A model generated the notes under the pieces. It made no database searches, was not told the DNA's origin, and saw only the letters and a program-made list of their open reading frames with translations. From an uncultured Nitrososphaerales archaeon (lineage in GTDB: Archaea; Thermoproteota; Nitrososphaeria; Nitrososphaerales; Nitrososphaeraceae): a DNA stretch of 64,000 nucleotides. Position 1 is the first letter of the stretch. Every line of letters begins with the position of its first letter. The stretch is taken from positions 928,001-992,000 of the forward strand of contig CAVQMO010000001.1 in NCBI GenBank assembly GCA_963713605.1, given 5' to 3'. Shown here one piece after another: positions 43,615-54,311 of this stretch. Position numbers and translations under genes: made by a program.

Positions 43615-45245
43615 TTGTCGAGATCTAGTTTACCCTTTTCAATCTTTTGGAACAAAGGTTGAATTTCTCCGATCTTATGATTTGCCTTCATATCCATTTG
43701 TGATGCACGGTTCCAATTCTGCTGGTGCACGTTACCAGTAAGACCTAGCTGATCCCAAATCCTTTCTGCAGAATTTGGGATAAACGGGTCCAACAAGATC
43801 GCCAGCGATTGCACAGCGTTTGCAGAAAGGTAGAGTGTGTTTTGAGCCGTTTGTCTTTCCTCCCAAGGTTTCTTTTTCTGAAAATACCTGTTTAGACTTG
43901 TACTGAAATCAAGTATCTCTCTCATCGCTTTTTCGATCTCGTTGTTTGAGATTGCAGTACCAACGAGCTCAGCGATACCTGAGATTCTATTTGTAATGGC
44001 AAGATCAATATCATCGTAAACAGATGGATTTGGAACATAACCATCAAAAGTCGTCTTAATAAAGGTCAGGGTTCGATGGATAAAGTTCCCAGCGTTTGCG
44101 ATGAGTTCATTATTTATTCGTTCAATGAATACATCCCAATCGAAGTTTATATCCGTTTGAGAATAAGGAGTTACCCGGGAGAGATAAAACCTTACATAGT
44201 CAGACGGAAATAATTGAAGGAAATCCCTCAGTCCTATATACCAGCCTCTACTCTTTGATATTTTTCGGTTGTTGAGCATTAAATGACCTCTTGTGGGAAT
44301 ATAGTCAGGAAGTTTGTATTCATTTCCAATTCCCATTCGTATAGCGGGTAGGAATAGATAATGATGGTACACAATATCCTTTCCAATAAAATGAAAAATC
44401 TCCGACCTATTCCATAGTTCCTTCCCATTGTTACCTCCAGATTCCTTTAAGAATGAGAGGAAACTAGAGATGTAGCAAATGTGGTTATCAAACCACCCGT
44501 AGAAAACCTGACCTCTGGCTTCTTCTTTTGGGACGGGCACTCCCCACGACAAGTCTCTAGTTATATCCCAGTCAATTAATCCTTCATCGATCCATTTCAA
44601 AACATATCTTGTGATTTCGGATTGGAGATTGGGGTTCGTAGTCAACCAATCTCTTAACTGTCTGGAGAAGGTTGAAAGTCTAAAAAAATAGTGTGTGCTT
44701 GTTTTTTTAACGGGGACTTTGCCACAGATTCTACATCTGGGTTGCAAAATCTTGTCTGGAACTCTGCCGCAATTCTCACACAGATCTGAATATTGATTCT
44801 CGGAAAGGCAAAAAGGGCATTTTCCCACTACGTATCTATCAGGCAGAAACTTCTTGTCAAACTCACAAAAAAATTGTATAACGTCTTTCTCGTAAATATG
44901 CCCATTCTTGCAAAGTTTGTTGAAAATCTCTTGCGTCAGCTTAACATTTTCTTCCGAGCTTGTCTGGGAAAAGTAGTCAAAGGAGATATCCAAAGATCGG
45001 AAGTCTTTCAGATCTCTATCTCTCCAGGATTTTACATACTGTTGTGGTGTAATTGACTCTTTCTCGGCGTTTATTAGAATAGGAGTGCCGAAGTCATCGG
45101 TCGCACAGAGATGATACACCTCCCTCTCTAAGTGCCTCCAATATCTAGTAAATATGTCGGCCGGCAAATAAGTTGACGCTATATGGCCTAAATGTATTTC
45201 TCCGTTCGCATACGGTAATGCACTCGTGATTATCAGACTTTTCAT
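43599..45245 (-). CDS. metG: methionyl-tRNA synthetase
   Basis: TSALPYANGEIHLGH, Zn knuckle, YGWFD, FIGKDI and KISKS. Confidence 0.97.
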   Translation of the reverse strand: MKSLIITSALPYANGEIHLGHIASTYLPADIFTRYWRHLEREVYHLCATDDFGTPILINAEKESITPQQYVKSWRDRDLKDFRSLDISFDYFSQTSSEENVKLTQEIFNKLCKNGHIYEKDVIQFFCEFDKKFLPDRYVVGKCPFCLSENQYSDLCENCGRVPDKILQPRCRICGKVPVKKTSTHYFFRLSTFSRQLRDWLTTNPNLQSEITRYVLKWIDEGLIDWDITRDLSWGVPVPKEEARGQVFYGWFDNHICYISSFLSFLKESGGNNGKELWNRSEIFHFIGKDIVYHHYLFLPAIRMGIGNEYKLPDYIPTRGHLMLNNRKISKSRGWYIGLRDFLQLFPSDYVRFYLSRVTPYSQTDINFDWDVFIERINNELIANAGNFIHRTLTFIKTTFDGYVPNPSVYDDIDLAITNRISGIAELVGTAISNNEIEKAMREILDFSTSLNRYFQKKKPWEERQTAQNTLYLSANAVQSLAILLDPFIPNSAERIWDQLGLTGNVHQQNWNRASQMDMKANHKIGEIQPLFQKIEKGKLDLDKWKVD

Positions 45246-45327
45246 GAGCTGTTTTGTAACCAGTACTCAAACGTGATTTGGGCCTGGATTTTAAACTTAT
45301 CCTTGACAAACGCCTCCTAATTTGCAC

Positions 45328-46545
45328 TCAAAATGACTTATTATTACCGTGTTCCACATTGATACCAAAAGACTTCAATGTGTACTCTGAAATCCTCTGA
45401 TCAATGTGTTCTGGAACGTCATACACCCGAGACTCTAATGAGCCCATTTTTTTTGCCAGATAAATTATAGACATCAGCTGGTTTGCAAATGATAATGCCA
45501 TGACTTCCGGAGGGTGTCCTTCGGCACCTACTAAATTGATCACTCGACCTGAGGCGAGTAAATAGACGCACTTGCCTTTAACCGTGTACAGCTGTATGTT
45601 AGGCCTAATCTCCTTTGGTTCATCATCTTGTGATTTCATGTAATCGATATCAATTTCAAAATCAAAATGTCCTGCGTTACAAAGCATTACTCCGTCCTTC
45701 ATTCTGTTAATGTGTTCCTTTCTAATAATTCCGTAGCCTCCGGTACACGTAATGAATATGTCCCCGTAGGTGCAAGCAGAAGACAATGAACGTACTTCAT
45801 AACCCTCCATGTGAGCTTCTAATGCTTTAATTGGATCGATTTCCGTCACTGTAACTATGGCTCCCATCCCGCGTAATCTAGAAGCAACTCCTTTCCCTAC
45901 CCATCCATAGCCGCACACGATAACGTGTTTACCGGGAAGGAAGACCGATGTAGTTCGCAATAGTCCATCGACAGTGCTCTGCCCCGTACCATAGCGGTTA
46001 TCAAACAAATATTTTGTTTGTGCATTGTTTATGGCTATTATTGGGTACTTAAGTTGTCTCGCAGATTCCAATTTTCTGAGTCTTGTCACACCACTTGTAG
46101 TTTCTTCTGTTCCTGCGACAATATTATTATCCCAAAACCTGTGTACCATTAAATGAAGTTCGGCCCCATCATCAGTAACAATTTCAGGTTTAAACCTTAT
46201 CACCTTCAACATGTTGTCGTGATACTGCTCAGAGGATTCGCCTCTAGTTGCGAAGACCCGTATCCCTTGATCTTTTAAAAAATAGGCAATATCATTCTGA
46301 ATTGACAACGGATTCGCAGAGCACAATGCCATTTCTGCTCCGAGTGCTTTTAGGACCATGACCAGTACAGAAGTCTCTTTTGTAATGTGGAGGCATATTC
46401 CTAGCCTTACTCCTTCTAAAGGTAACGCCATAGATTTAGAAAAGTCTTTAAATATGCGATCGATAATCTTCATCCTTGACTTTGCCCATTCATGTGATTT
46501 TCGACCGTCTAATACTAATCCTGATCTGGAAGATCTACCTGTCAA
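45328..46545 (-). CDS. ahcY: adenosylhomocysteinase-like protein, paralogue 2
   Basis: LHITKET, ANPLSIQND, DDGAEL, EETTSG, FDNRYGTGQS, GYGWVGKG and GRVINL..AEGHP. Confidence 0.93.
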   Translation of the reverse strand: MTGRSSRSGLVLDGRKSHEWAKSRMKIIDRIFKDFSKSMALPLEGVRLGICLHITKETSVLVMVLKALGAEMALCSANPLSIQNDIAYFLKDQGIRVFATRGESSEQYHDNMLKVIRFKPEIVTDDGAELHLMVHRFWDNNIVAGTEETTSGVTRLRKLESARQLKYPIIAINNAQTKYLFDNRYGTGQSTVDGLLRTTSVFLPGKHVIVCGYGWVGKGVASRLRGMGAIVTVTEIDPIKALEAHMEGYEVRSLSSACTYGDIFITCTGGYGIIRKEHINRMKDGVMLCNAGHFDFEIDIDYMKSQDDEPKEIRPNIQLYTVKGKCVYLLASGRVINLVGAEGHPPEVMALSFANQLMSIIYLAKKMGSLESRVYDVPEHIDQRISEYTLKSFGINVEHGNNKSF

Positions 46546-46581
46546 TCTATAGTGACTTTGGGAGATAGTTTCCTTAATACA

Positions 46582-47063
46582 TTATCTTAGTGTATTTATT
46601 AAATTAAAGGATTCAAGTTCGTATCTGGTGGCGTTTGAGAGTAAATCTATCGATGTTTCGTTGAGCTTTGCATCCCCTGTTTCTACAAAGTCACGAAACA
46701 AGGCATAACTTGCACGCTCAGAATTCAAACTTTTTATGTAAAGATCGAGTGCTTCCTGGTACTTTAAGGGCAGGCCTAAAGGAAGAAGCCCTGTCTACCA
46801 AAAGATCATACTCAGAGAGGAAAGAATTGGTAATGTTGACGAGCTCGCGATCATCGGTACTGATCTCTCTCCCACTTCTCAATTTCTCTGTGATAATCTT
46901 CAGTTACGCCAGTTGAAGCGTCAACCAATGAATAGTAGTTCTCCAGGAACTGCTTTTCCTCAGAGATTTGTGAATTTGAGAGAGCAGCAAAATAGATTCC
47001 AACAAACGCTAATGCCACTATTATCCCAATTACAATAAAGGTCTTAACTCGCTTTTTCGACAA
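46582..47063 (-). CDS. N-terminally membrane-anchored hypothetical protein, frameshifted
   Basis: TM segment FIVIGIIVALAFVGIYFAAL. The reading continues after a break near 46855 to ...LLSNATRYELESFNLINTLR*. Confidence 0.55.
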
Positions 47064-47203
47064 GGCATTTCGTAAACTAGCATACCTATCATATCCGAAA
47101 TAAATGTTCCATAGCTACAATTTCCTTCAGACTCCCGAGATGACTGTTAATGACCTTTTTCAATAAATAGAACTTCTCATCTTGTTGCCTGGCATATACT
47201 GCA

Positions 47204-48612
47204 TTACATCTGGGAATTAGATTTTTCGACCTTCTTCCAGAATGTTCCTCCTGCACGATCCATTAATTCAATTGAGTATTTTTCCAAAAGTGTAGCCCTT
47301 ATTTTATCTGACTCTTTTGTACTTTTGTTCCGCCCTGAGTTGGTCTCTTCCAACAATCATGGCATTTACCGCTTGAACTTCATCATCTGAAATATCGACT
47401 AATTTTAGACCCAGCAAGTTCATTATTTTGTAATATGTATTGCCAGCTATTGTAGCAAGTTCTTTACTTAACACTTTGGAGAGAGCCATTCTGTTAATAT
47501 GGGTTACAAACTCTAGGAAAATCTTTAGACCCAAAGATGAGTTCAAGTCATTCTCCAGCGCCATTTTGCATCTATCTAAAGATTTTTTTGAAAAATCACT
47601 TATTTTTTCAAGCTCATTACTCATGTGAGTTCCAGTTGCCAACCTCAACTCCCATCCGCAATTTTCGATACTATTCCAGATGCGCCTCATCTCAACTAAA
47701 ATATCTTCCCTGTAATCAAGAGGTTTTGAGTAATGGACCGAATAGCAAAAAAGTCTGATTACATTTCCTCCCCATTCTGCTAGCGCGTTCTCAACAGTAA
47801 TAATATTCCCTAAGGACTTGGACATTTTTTCATTGTTAAATGTTACCATCCCGCAGTGAAGCCAGAGCTTTGCAAAACACTGATTTGAATATGACTCCGA
47901 TTGAGCGATTCTCATTTTCGTGATGCGGAAAAATGAGATCGTTACCACCTGAATGGATTTCTATGGTACTTCCAAGGTACTTCTCCACCATGGCGGAGCA
48001 TTCTATGTGCCATCCAGGTCTACCTGCTCCCCATGGACTAGGATAAAATGGTCTAGTAGAAGTAAATTTCCATAACGCAAAGTCCAATGGATGCTCTTTA
48101 GTATAATCAATTTCAACTCGCGCTCCAGATACTAAATCTTTGAGCGACTTTCTTGAAAGTTTCCCATATTCAGGAAATGAGCTCACTCTGAAATAAACAC
48201 CGTTCGTTGTCAAGTAGGCGTGACCATCTGTTAGCAATTTATCTATCATGCTCGTCATTTCAGCAATATTTTCAGTGGCTTTCGGATATTTCTCCGCCTG
48301 AACTATATTCAACCTGTTAAAGTCTTTTTGATATTGGAGTATGAATTTGTGAGCAATCTGTTCAGCACTCGTCGCTTCTTCCTCCGCCCTTTTGATTATT
48401 TTGTCATCAACATCTGTAAAATTCTGCACAAACTTAACTCTAAAGCCTGCGTCTCTCAGAAGTCTGTTAAGCAAATCAATAACAACTATGGTCCTAGCAT
48501 GCCCTATGTGGGATTTATCGTAAACGGTAACGCCGCACAGATAAATTCTAATGACACTATTCTGATGAGGTATCTGCTCAACGTTCCTTGTAAGTGTGTT
48601 ATAAAGTCTCAT
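47204..48612 (-). CDS. cysS: cysteinyl-tRNA synthetase, two frameshifts
   Basis: CGVTVYD..HIGHAR, DFALWK, GRPGWHIECSAM, DLIFPHHENE and KMSKSLGN. Confidence 0.96.
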
Positions 48613-48633
48613 ATCTGTGATACTTGCTAACGA

Positions 48634-48987
48634 CTAATCATTCTCTATTTCAAGGTATATTTGATCTTCAATGACTTTAACTTCGTATGTAGTCAATTGA
48701 ACACCATCCAGATAATCCAAAAGCTGCCCAGTTTTAATATTATAATGCCAAAAATGCAATGGACATTCAACTACTTCACCTTCTATCTTACCGGGGGCAA
48801 GCGAACCGTCTTGGTGACGGCAGAGAGCTTCTACCGCGTAATATCTACCATTCGCATAGAAGAGAGTTATACGATTTTCTCCGACCTTAACTTCCCTACC
48901 AGCATTCTCCTTGATATCCCCTACTTCTCCAACTTTCACGAGAGTCATTGTTAAAATATTTCCTTGGTGTTTCTTAGGATGTTTCAA
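48634..48987 (-). CDS. Rieske [2Fe-2S] ferredoxin (start may be ~48948)
   Basis: CRH ... CPLH ligand motifs. Confidence 0.92.
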   Translation of the reverse strand: MKHPKKHQGNILTMTLVKVGEVGDIKENAGREVKVGENRITLFYANGRYYAVEALCRHQDGSLAPGKIEGEVVECPLHFWHYNIKTGQLLDYLDGVQLTTYEVKVIEDQIYLEIEND

Positions 48988-49076
48988 AACATATGAATTT
49001 ATCTAGTAGCCTTAGCGTCCTAAACCATTCCTGGTAGAACATTTTGCAATATTGTAGGCGGTTCGTGAATCTATAT

Positions 49077-49265
49077 ATGGATGCACCTGCGTCTACTTTT
49101 CTATTGGACTCTCAAAGCCAGACTCGTGAAGATACAGGAATTTTGAAGTCATGTGCATTGTGTTCCAAAACCCTGGATCCTACTAAGGTGGTTGCATTAT
49201 GCGACGATTGCTTGAAAGTTGCTGACTGCTGCGTCGGCCTGGAGCGCGTTTCCGAAACGGAATAA
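49077..49265 (+). CDS. small Cys-rich Zn-finger protein
   Basis: CALC...CDDC...CC. Probable ATG at 49077. Confidence 0.5.
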   Translation: MDAPASTFLLDSQSQTREDTGILKSCALCSKTLDPTKVVALCDDCLKVADCCVGLERVSETE

Positions 49266-49269
49266 ATGG

Positions 49270-49823
49270 CTATTCAACTGTTTTAAGCGTATCAGTCACT
49301 GTAATGACGCCAATAACTTCTCCCTTCTCACTCACCAGAACGCATTTTGAAAATCTTACAAGTGGTATGAGTGCCTTCGCGGGTACTGAAATATCGACTA
49401 TAGGAGGAGGTGGTTCCATTATCGCCGATACTGTCATGCGTTTGATGTCCTTCTGATCTTTTTCGATCATGATTCGCGCTAGAAGGTCTTCACTTACGAC
49501 CCCTATCAATCTAGAGTCATTAAAAACAGGGAGTTGGCTAATCGAATGTTTCCTCATCAATTCAATGGCATCATGAAGTGTATCATTTCGATGAAGAAAC
49601 ATCAGTGACCGGCTGGAAATGTCTCCCGCCTTAATTGATGCCTGCCCCTCTAGCGAATTGAGTACTTCAAATATTTTCCTGGCTGTATCATAGCTGGGCT
49701 TACATCTTCCAGATTCGATCTGGTTAATCATTGAAGTGCTAATTCCAGTGTGTGAGCCAGATTTCTTTGGGTAAGTCCCAGTCTTATCCGTAGCTGCTTT
49801 ATATATTGCAGGTTTGGAAGCAT
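49270..49823 (-). CDS. XRE-HTH plus tandem CBS-domain transcriptional regulator, frameshift near 49755
   Basis: MLPNLQYIKQLRIRLGLTQRNLA...STSMINQIESG.CKPS, followed by a CBS pair (ISQLPV, GVITVTD). Confidence 0.9.
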
Positions 49824-49945
49824 GGATTGTTTGCCTTTCTTCTGTGGCGTTCTCTTATAATCTATGTCAATAGATTAGCCTCCTTAGCGTTCGGGTTTGA
49901 TAACCTTATATTCCCTATACGTTGATGTGATATGTTTTTGACTAA

Positions 49946-51253
49946 ATGTCCAAGAGCCTTACCTCAGAAAACAGATGGGATTCAGTAAGAAGATACAAAC
50001 TCACACGAATGATCAATGAACTGTCGGGTATTTCTGGACATGGTACTGAGCTTAGTCACGGTTTATATCCCTCCTAGAAGGCCAATTTATGAAGTTATTG
50101 CTCAACTCAGAACAGAAGCAGGCACGGCATCTAACATTAAGTCTGATTTGACAAGAACTCACGTTCAAGATGCATTGAGCAGGACAGTAGAACAACTAAA
50201 GCTGTTCAAGGAGACGCCAGAAAATGGTTTGATTATATTTTGTGGCGCTCTACCAACCGGGAAAGGCATAGGGACTGAGAAAATCGAAATATTTCCGGTT
50301 CTGCCTCCTAAACCTGTACAGATCCAGCTATACAGATGTGACGACCATTTTTGGACCGATCATTTGAAGGATATGTTGAAGGATGACAAGGCCATGGGAC
50401 TTCTCACAATTGACACCCAAGAAGCAGGGCTGGGGGTATTGTCGGGTGATAGGTGGCAGGTAGAAGACACATTGACTTCAGGTGTGTCAGGCAAACATAG
50501 ACAAGGTGGTCAATCGGCACGAAGATTTGAACGGTTAAGGGATAATGAGTGAAATGAATACTATAAACGAATAGCGGAGAGGGCTCATAGGATTTTGATT
50601 CGATCAACATAAAGTCAAGGGCTTAATTGTAGGAGGACCAGGGCCTACCAAAGACACGTTTCTCAAAGAAGAATATTTGGACTATCGACTTCAAGGTAAC
50701 GTTGTAGCAGGTACTTGATACTTCATATTCTGGTGAAGAGGGCGTAAGGGAGTTGGTAGACAAAGTCAACGATGAAGGAGTCATGGACGGATATCGGTTG
50801 ATGGAGGAGAAGAAGATAGTGAAAAGATTCATGAAGGAGGTTTATTCGGATAAGGGGTTGGGGATTTATGGAATAAATGACGTCATCAAATCCCTGCGAA
50901 ATGGGATCGTGGAACTTGTTATAGTTACCGACGATGTTTCTGTTACGATAGTAGAGACGAAATGTAGGAAATGCGCGACCCGCGATATTGAAATAGTAGA
51001 GAGGCCGCGTCTGCTGACGGTTAGGCAAGAATTGCTCTCTAGTTCATGCAAGAGTTGTGGGAACGCTGATCAAGAAATCAAAGAGAGAGACATTGTAGAA
51101 TACTTGGAAGAACTTACGAGTTCAACAGGCGCAAGGTTGGAAATAATCTCAGGAAAATCTGAGGAAGGGGCTCAAGTTTCTAGTCTTGGAAAAGTAGGAG
51201 CAATCCTTAGGTTTAGGCCGGCTCCCGATCAAACGAGCGGTGCAAATTTTTGA
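49946..51253 (+). CDS. prf1: peptide chain release factor aRF1; three frameshifts and one in-frame TGA as assembled
   Basis: GHGTEL.TVYIPP, ASNIKS, YRCD, GKHRQGGQSARRF, GGPGPTK and GAILRF. Confidence 0.95.
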
Positions 51254-51368
51254 ACTAAGACTCATCATCCGCTCTCTGCTTTACTGAGTTTGATACCTAT
51301 TCTGTCTCGCCAGGCCCATGAGTTCGATAACCTTTTAGATAATAGATGCGGTATATTTCTCAAGGAAA

Positions 51369-51548
51369 ATGAATCCCTGCTACATTTGCAATTCGAAGGC
51401 TGGAAGCAAATTCTGCCCAGTATGCAATCGGCCAGTTTGTAAGAACTGCATGAAGAATTTTCCGTTCTCTGAAAGCCTATGTTTAGAATGCGCAAAGGAA
51501 ATAAAAACAGGACTCGGAGGAGTACGGAAGGATGAGGAGATATTTTAG
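51369..51548 (+). CDS. 59-aa eight-cysteine (4x CxxC) zinc-finger micro-protein (not in ORF track)
   Basis: Manual translation MNPCYICNSKAGSKFCPVCNRPVCKNCMKNFPFSESLCLECAKEIKTGLGGVRKDEEIF. Confidence 0.75.
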   Translation: MNPCYICNSKAGSKFCPVCNRPVCKNCMKNFPFSESLCLECAKEIKTGLGGVRKDEEIF

Positions 51549-51739
51549 TGTGTGACCTAGTTGTGAAACCCTAATCCTAACCGTAATGTCTGTTTCACTT
51601 ATAGGATATCGCAAAGCAATCGCATTTGGTATCATGGTGCGTCTCCCTACACAGAAAAACAGTATTGCATCGATAACTGGTCTCAATCCGTGCGGTGCTA
51701 CTTAATATCGACTTTTGAATAAGAAGGAGCCGGCCAGAT

Positions 51740-52168
51740 TCATAAATTTTTCTTAATGCTGTTTGCTAATTCCTCAAGCTCCTTATAATCTGTTAGTCTC
51801 CTAGAAGGCCACTTACCATCTCGACTATCCTTTTCATATCTTGGAATTATATGAACGTGAACGTGAGGAACGATTCTGATTCTGCTGCTTTGCCGTTGTT
51901 TTGTCCAGTATTGAGACCCTGCGCGCCGGTGGCATTATACACGGCCGATGCTATCGTATGCACCACTCTGTACATTTTTCCAACCTCGACCTCGGTCATC
52001 TCAAAGAGGTCACTGTAATGATACTTAGGGATGTACAAGGGTATGCCCCGAGGTGATAGGATATTTGTCCATGAATGCCAAAAATGTGTTATCTTCGTAG
52101 ACTTTGGCCACCGGGGACTGGCCTTTGATTATCGCACAGAAGACGCAATACGTGTTCGTATCAGACAT
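51740..52168 (-). CDS. HIT-family nucleotide hydrolase, two frameshifts
   Basis: MSDTNTYCVFCAII, DKYPITSGHTLV.PK.H, NNGKAA.QIVPHVHVHIIPR (histidine triad). Confidence 0.92.
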
Positions 52169-52311
52169 CTATTTGACTTCTTAATGGACGACAGCAGCGT
52201 TTATTTATTGTTTAGGGTCGGCATTATCGTTTCCTAAAATAGAGTACCAAGTCATGCTTTCTTACTTCTCAGCATATCTCATAAATATCATGAGATTGTC
52301 TTCATAAGATC

Positions 52312-52506
52312 ATGGTAGAAACAGTAGAGTTAGAAACGTTTGATTTGGTCTTCTCATTTCATTGTCCGAAATGTGATTACTTAAATGAAGAGATTTCAGC
52401 AAACGATCTCCTCAATAAAAATGCAGAATGTGGAATGTGCGAAACTGAATTCAAAGTGGAAGGCCTCGATGGAATAAAAATTATCGCAACGATTGAAGTA
52501 GCTTGA
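52312..52506 (+). CDS. small acidic Zn-ribbon protein
   Basis: FHCPKCD...ECGMCETEF, 64 aa. Confidence 0.7.
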   Translation: MVETVELETFDLVFSFHCPKCDYLNEEISANDLLNKNAECGMCETEFKVEGLDGIKIIATIEVA

Positions 52507-52559
52507 TCTCTATTTACGGATCACTAATATTAAAATAAGTATCGCAAGTCTTTAATCTT

Positions 52560-54247
52560 GTGAATTTACGAAGTCACAAGATTATCGAAGGAAGTGCAAG
52601 AGCGCCACAACGGTCATATTATAAATCTATGGGCTTAACAGACGATGATTTGTCAAAACCGATGGTAGCGGTATCTTCAACATGCAACGAAGCTACTCCC
52701 TGCAATATCCATCTCGGAAGGTTGGCACAGCATGCAAAAAATGGAGTAAAAGATATCGGTTGCACTCCTAGAGAATTTACAGCCATTTCGGTTTCGGACG
52801 GTATCGCGATGGGTCACGAAGGAATGAAAGCTTCCTTGGTTAGTAGAGAGATTATCGCAGATTCTATTGAGGTAATGATGATTGCCCACCAATATGACGC
52901 CCTTGTTGGGCTATCTGGGTGTGATAAGAGTTTGCCAGGTACATTGATGGGAATGGCTCGCATAAATCTTCCTTCTATATTCGTATATGGAGGGTCAATA
53001 TTGCCAGGTGTCTGGAACGGTAAACAGGTTACTATACAGGACGTTTTTGAAGCTGTCGGCAGCTATGAAGCCGGCAAGATGAGTATGGCGGAACTAGTAA
53101 GTTTGGAAAATGTTGCATGCCCTTCTGCTGGTTCATGCGCAGGTATGTATACGGCCAATACAATGGCATCTGTGGGCGAAGCACTTGGCATGTCGTTGCC
53201 AGGCAGTTCTACAGCACCAGCAGAAAGCGAGAAAAGAACCTCTACATGTTATACAACAGGAAAAGCAATTGGCGCGCTTATAGAAAATGACATTCGACCA
53301 AAGGATATTATGACGTTTGAAGCCTTTGAAAATGGGATCGCCATGGCCAACGCTATCGGCGGATCTACAAACGCGGTATTGCATTTAGTCGCCTTGGCAA
53401 GAGAAGTAGGTATAAACTTGACACTGTCAGACTTTGAGAGAGTTAGAAAGCGAACTCCACATATAGCAAATATGAGGCCAGGTGGAGCTTACGTGATGAT
53501 TGATCTCGAAAAGATAGGAGGTATTCCCGTGATCATGAAGATGCTTTATGAACGGGGTCTTTTCAATGGTGAAGTGATGACAGTGACTGGTAAAACTATG
53601 AAAGAAAACCTGGATCACGTTGAGGTCGATTTATCTGACCACAGTCAGTTGGTTGCCCCGATAACTGCACCTCTTCATTCACAGGGAACGCTCAAGGTTT
53701 TGAGCGGCACATTGGCACCTGATGGGGCGGTAGTTAAAATCGCTGGGATCAACACACCTCGCTTTCGTGGAAAAGCGAAGGTGTTTGATGCAGAAGAAGA
53801 AGCATTTGGGGCAATTTCAGAAGGACAAGTGACTGAAGGTGATGTAGTGGTCATCAGGTATGAAGGCCCTAAAGGAGGCCCAGGCATGAGAGAAATGCTT
53901 GCAGTGACTGCTGCCCTTGTGGGACAAGGACTAGGCCAGAAGGTTGCGATGGTTACTGACGGGAGATTTTCAGGAGCTACAAGAGGCCTTATGATTGGCC
54001 ATGTTTCACCAGAAGTATGGAGGGGGGGCCTATCGCGATTGTTAAAACTGGAGATCAAATAGAGATCGATATTGAAAAAGGAACCGTTGACCTTCTGGTA
54101 GAAAGTACCACAATTGAGGAGAGATTCAAGAGTTGGAAACCGATCGCAAATCGTTATCTATCTGGAGTTTTGGCAAAATATGCATCACTGGTCCAGTCCG
54201 CATCTGACGGTGCAATCACTCTCCCTGTGAGCGCGAGACCGAGGTGA
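52560..54247 (+). CDS. ilvD: dihydroxy-acid dehydratase, frameshift near 54020
   Basis: PCNIHL, SDGIAMGH, GCDKSLPG, CAGMYTANTM, EGPKGGPGMREM and TDGRFSG. Confidence 0.97.
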
Positions 54248-54311
54248 ATTTCTTTGCGAGTTCCAATATTCAATGAAGATGTATAAATATGAACAATGAG
54301 GTCGGTTATAT

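Noticed and set aside
51265..51686. Two minus-strand ORFs (76 and 67 aa)
   Set aside because: No motifs. They are shadows of the plus-strand eight-Cys ORF at 51369-51548.
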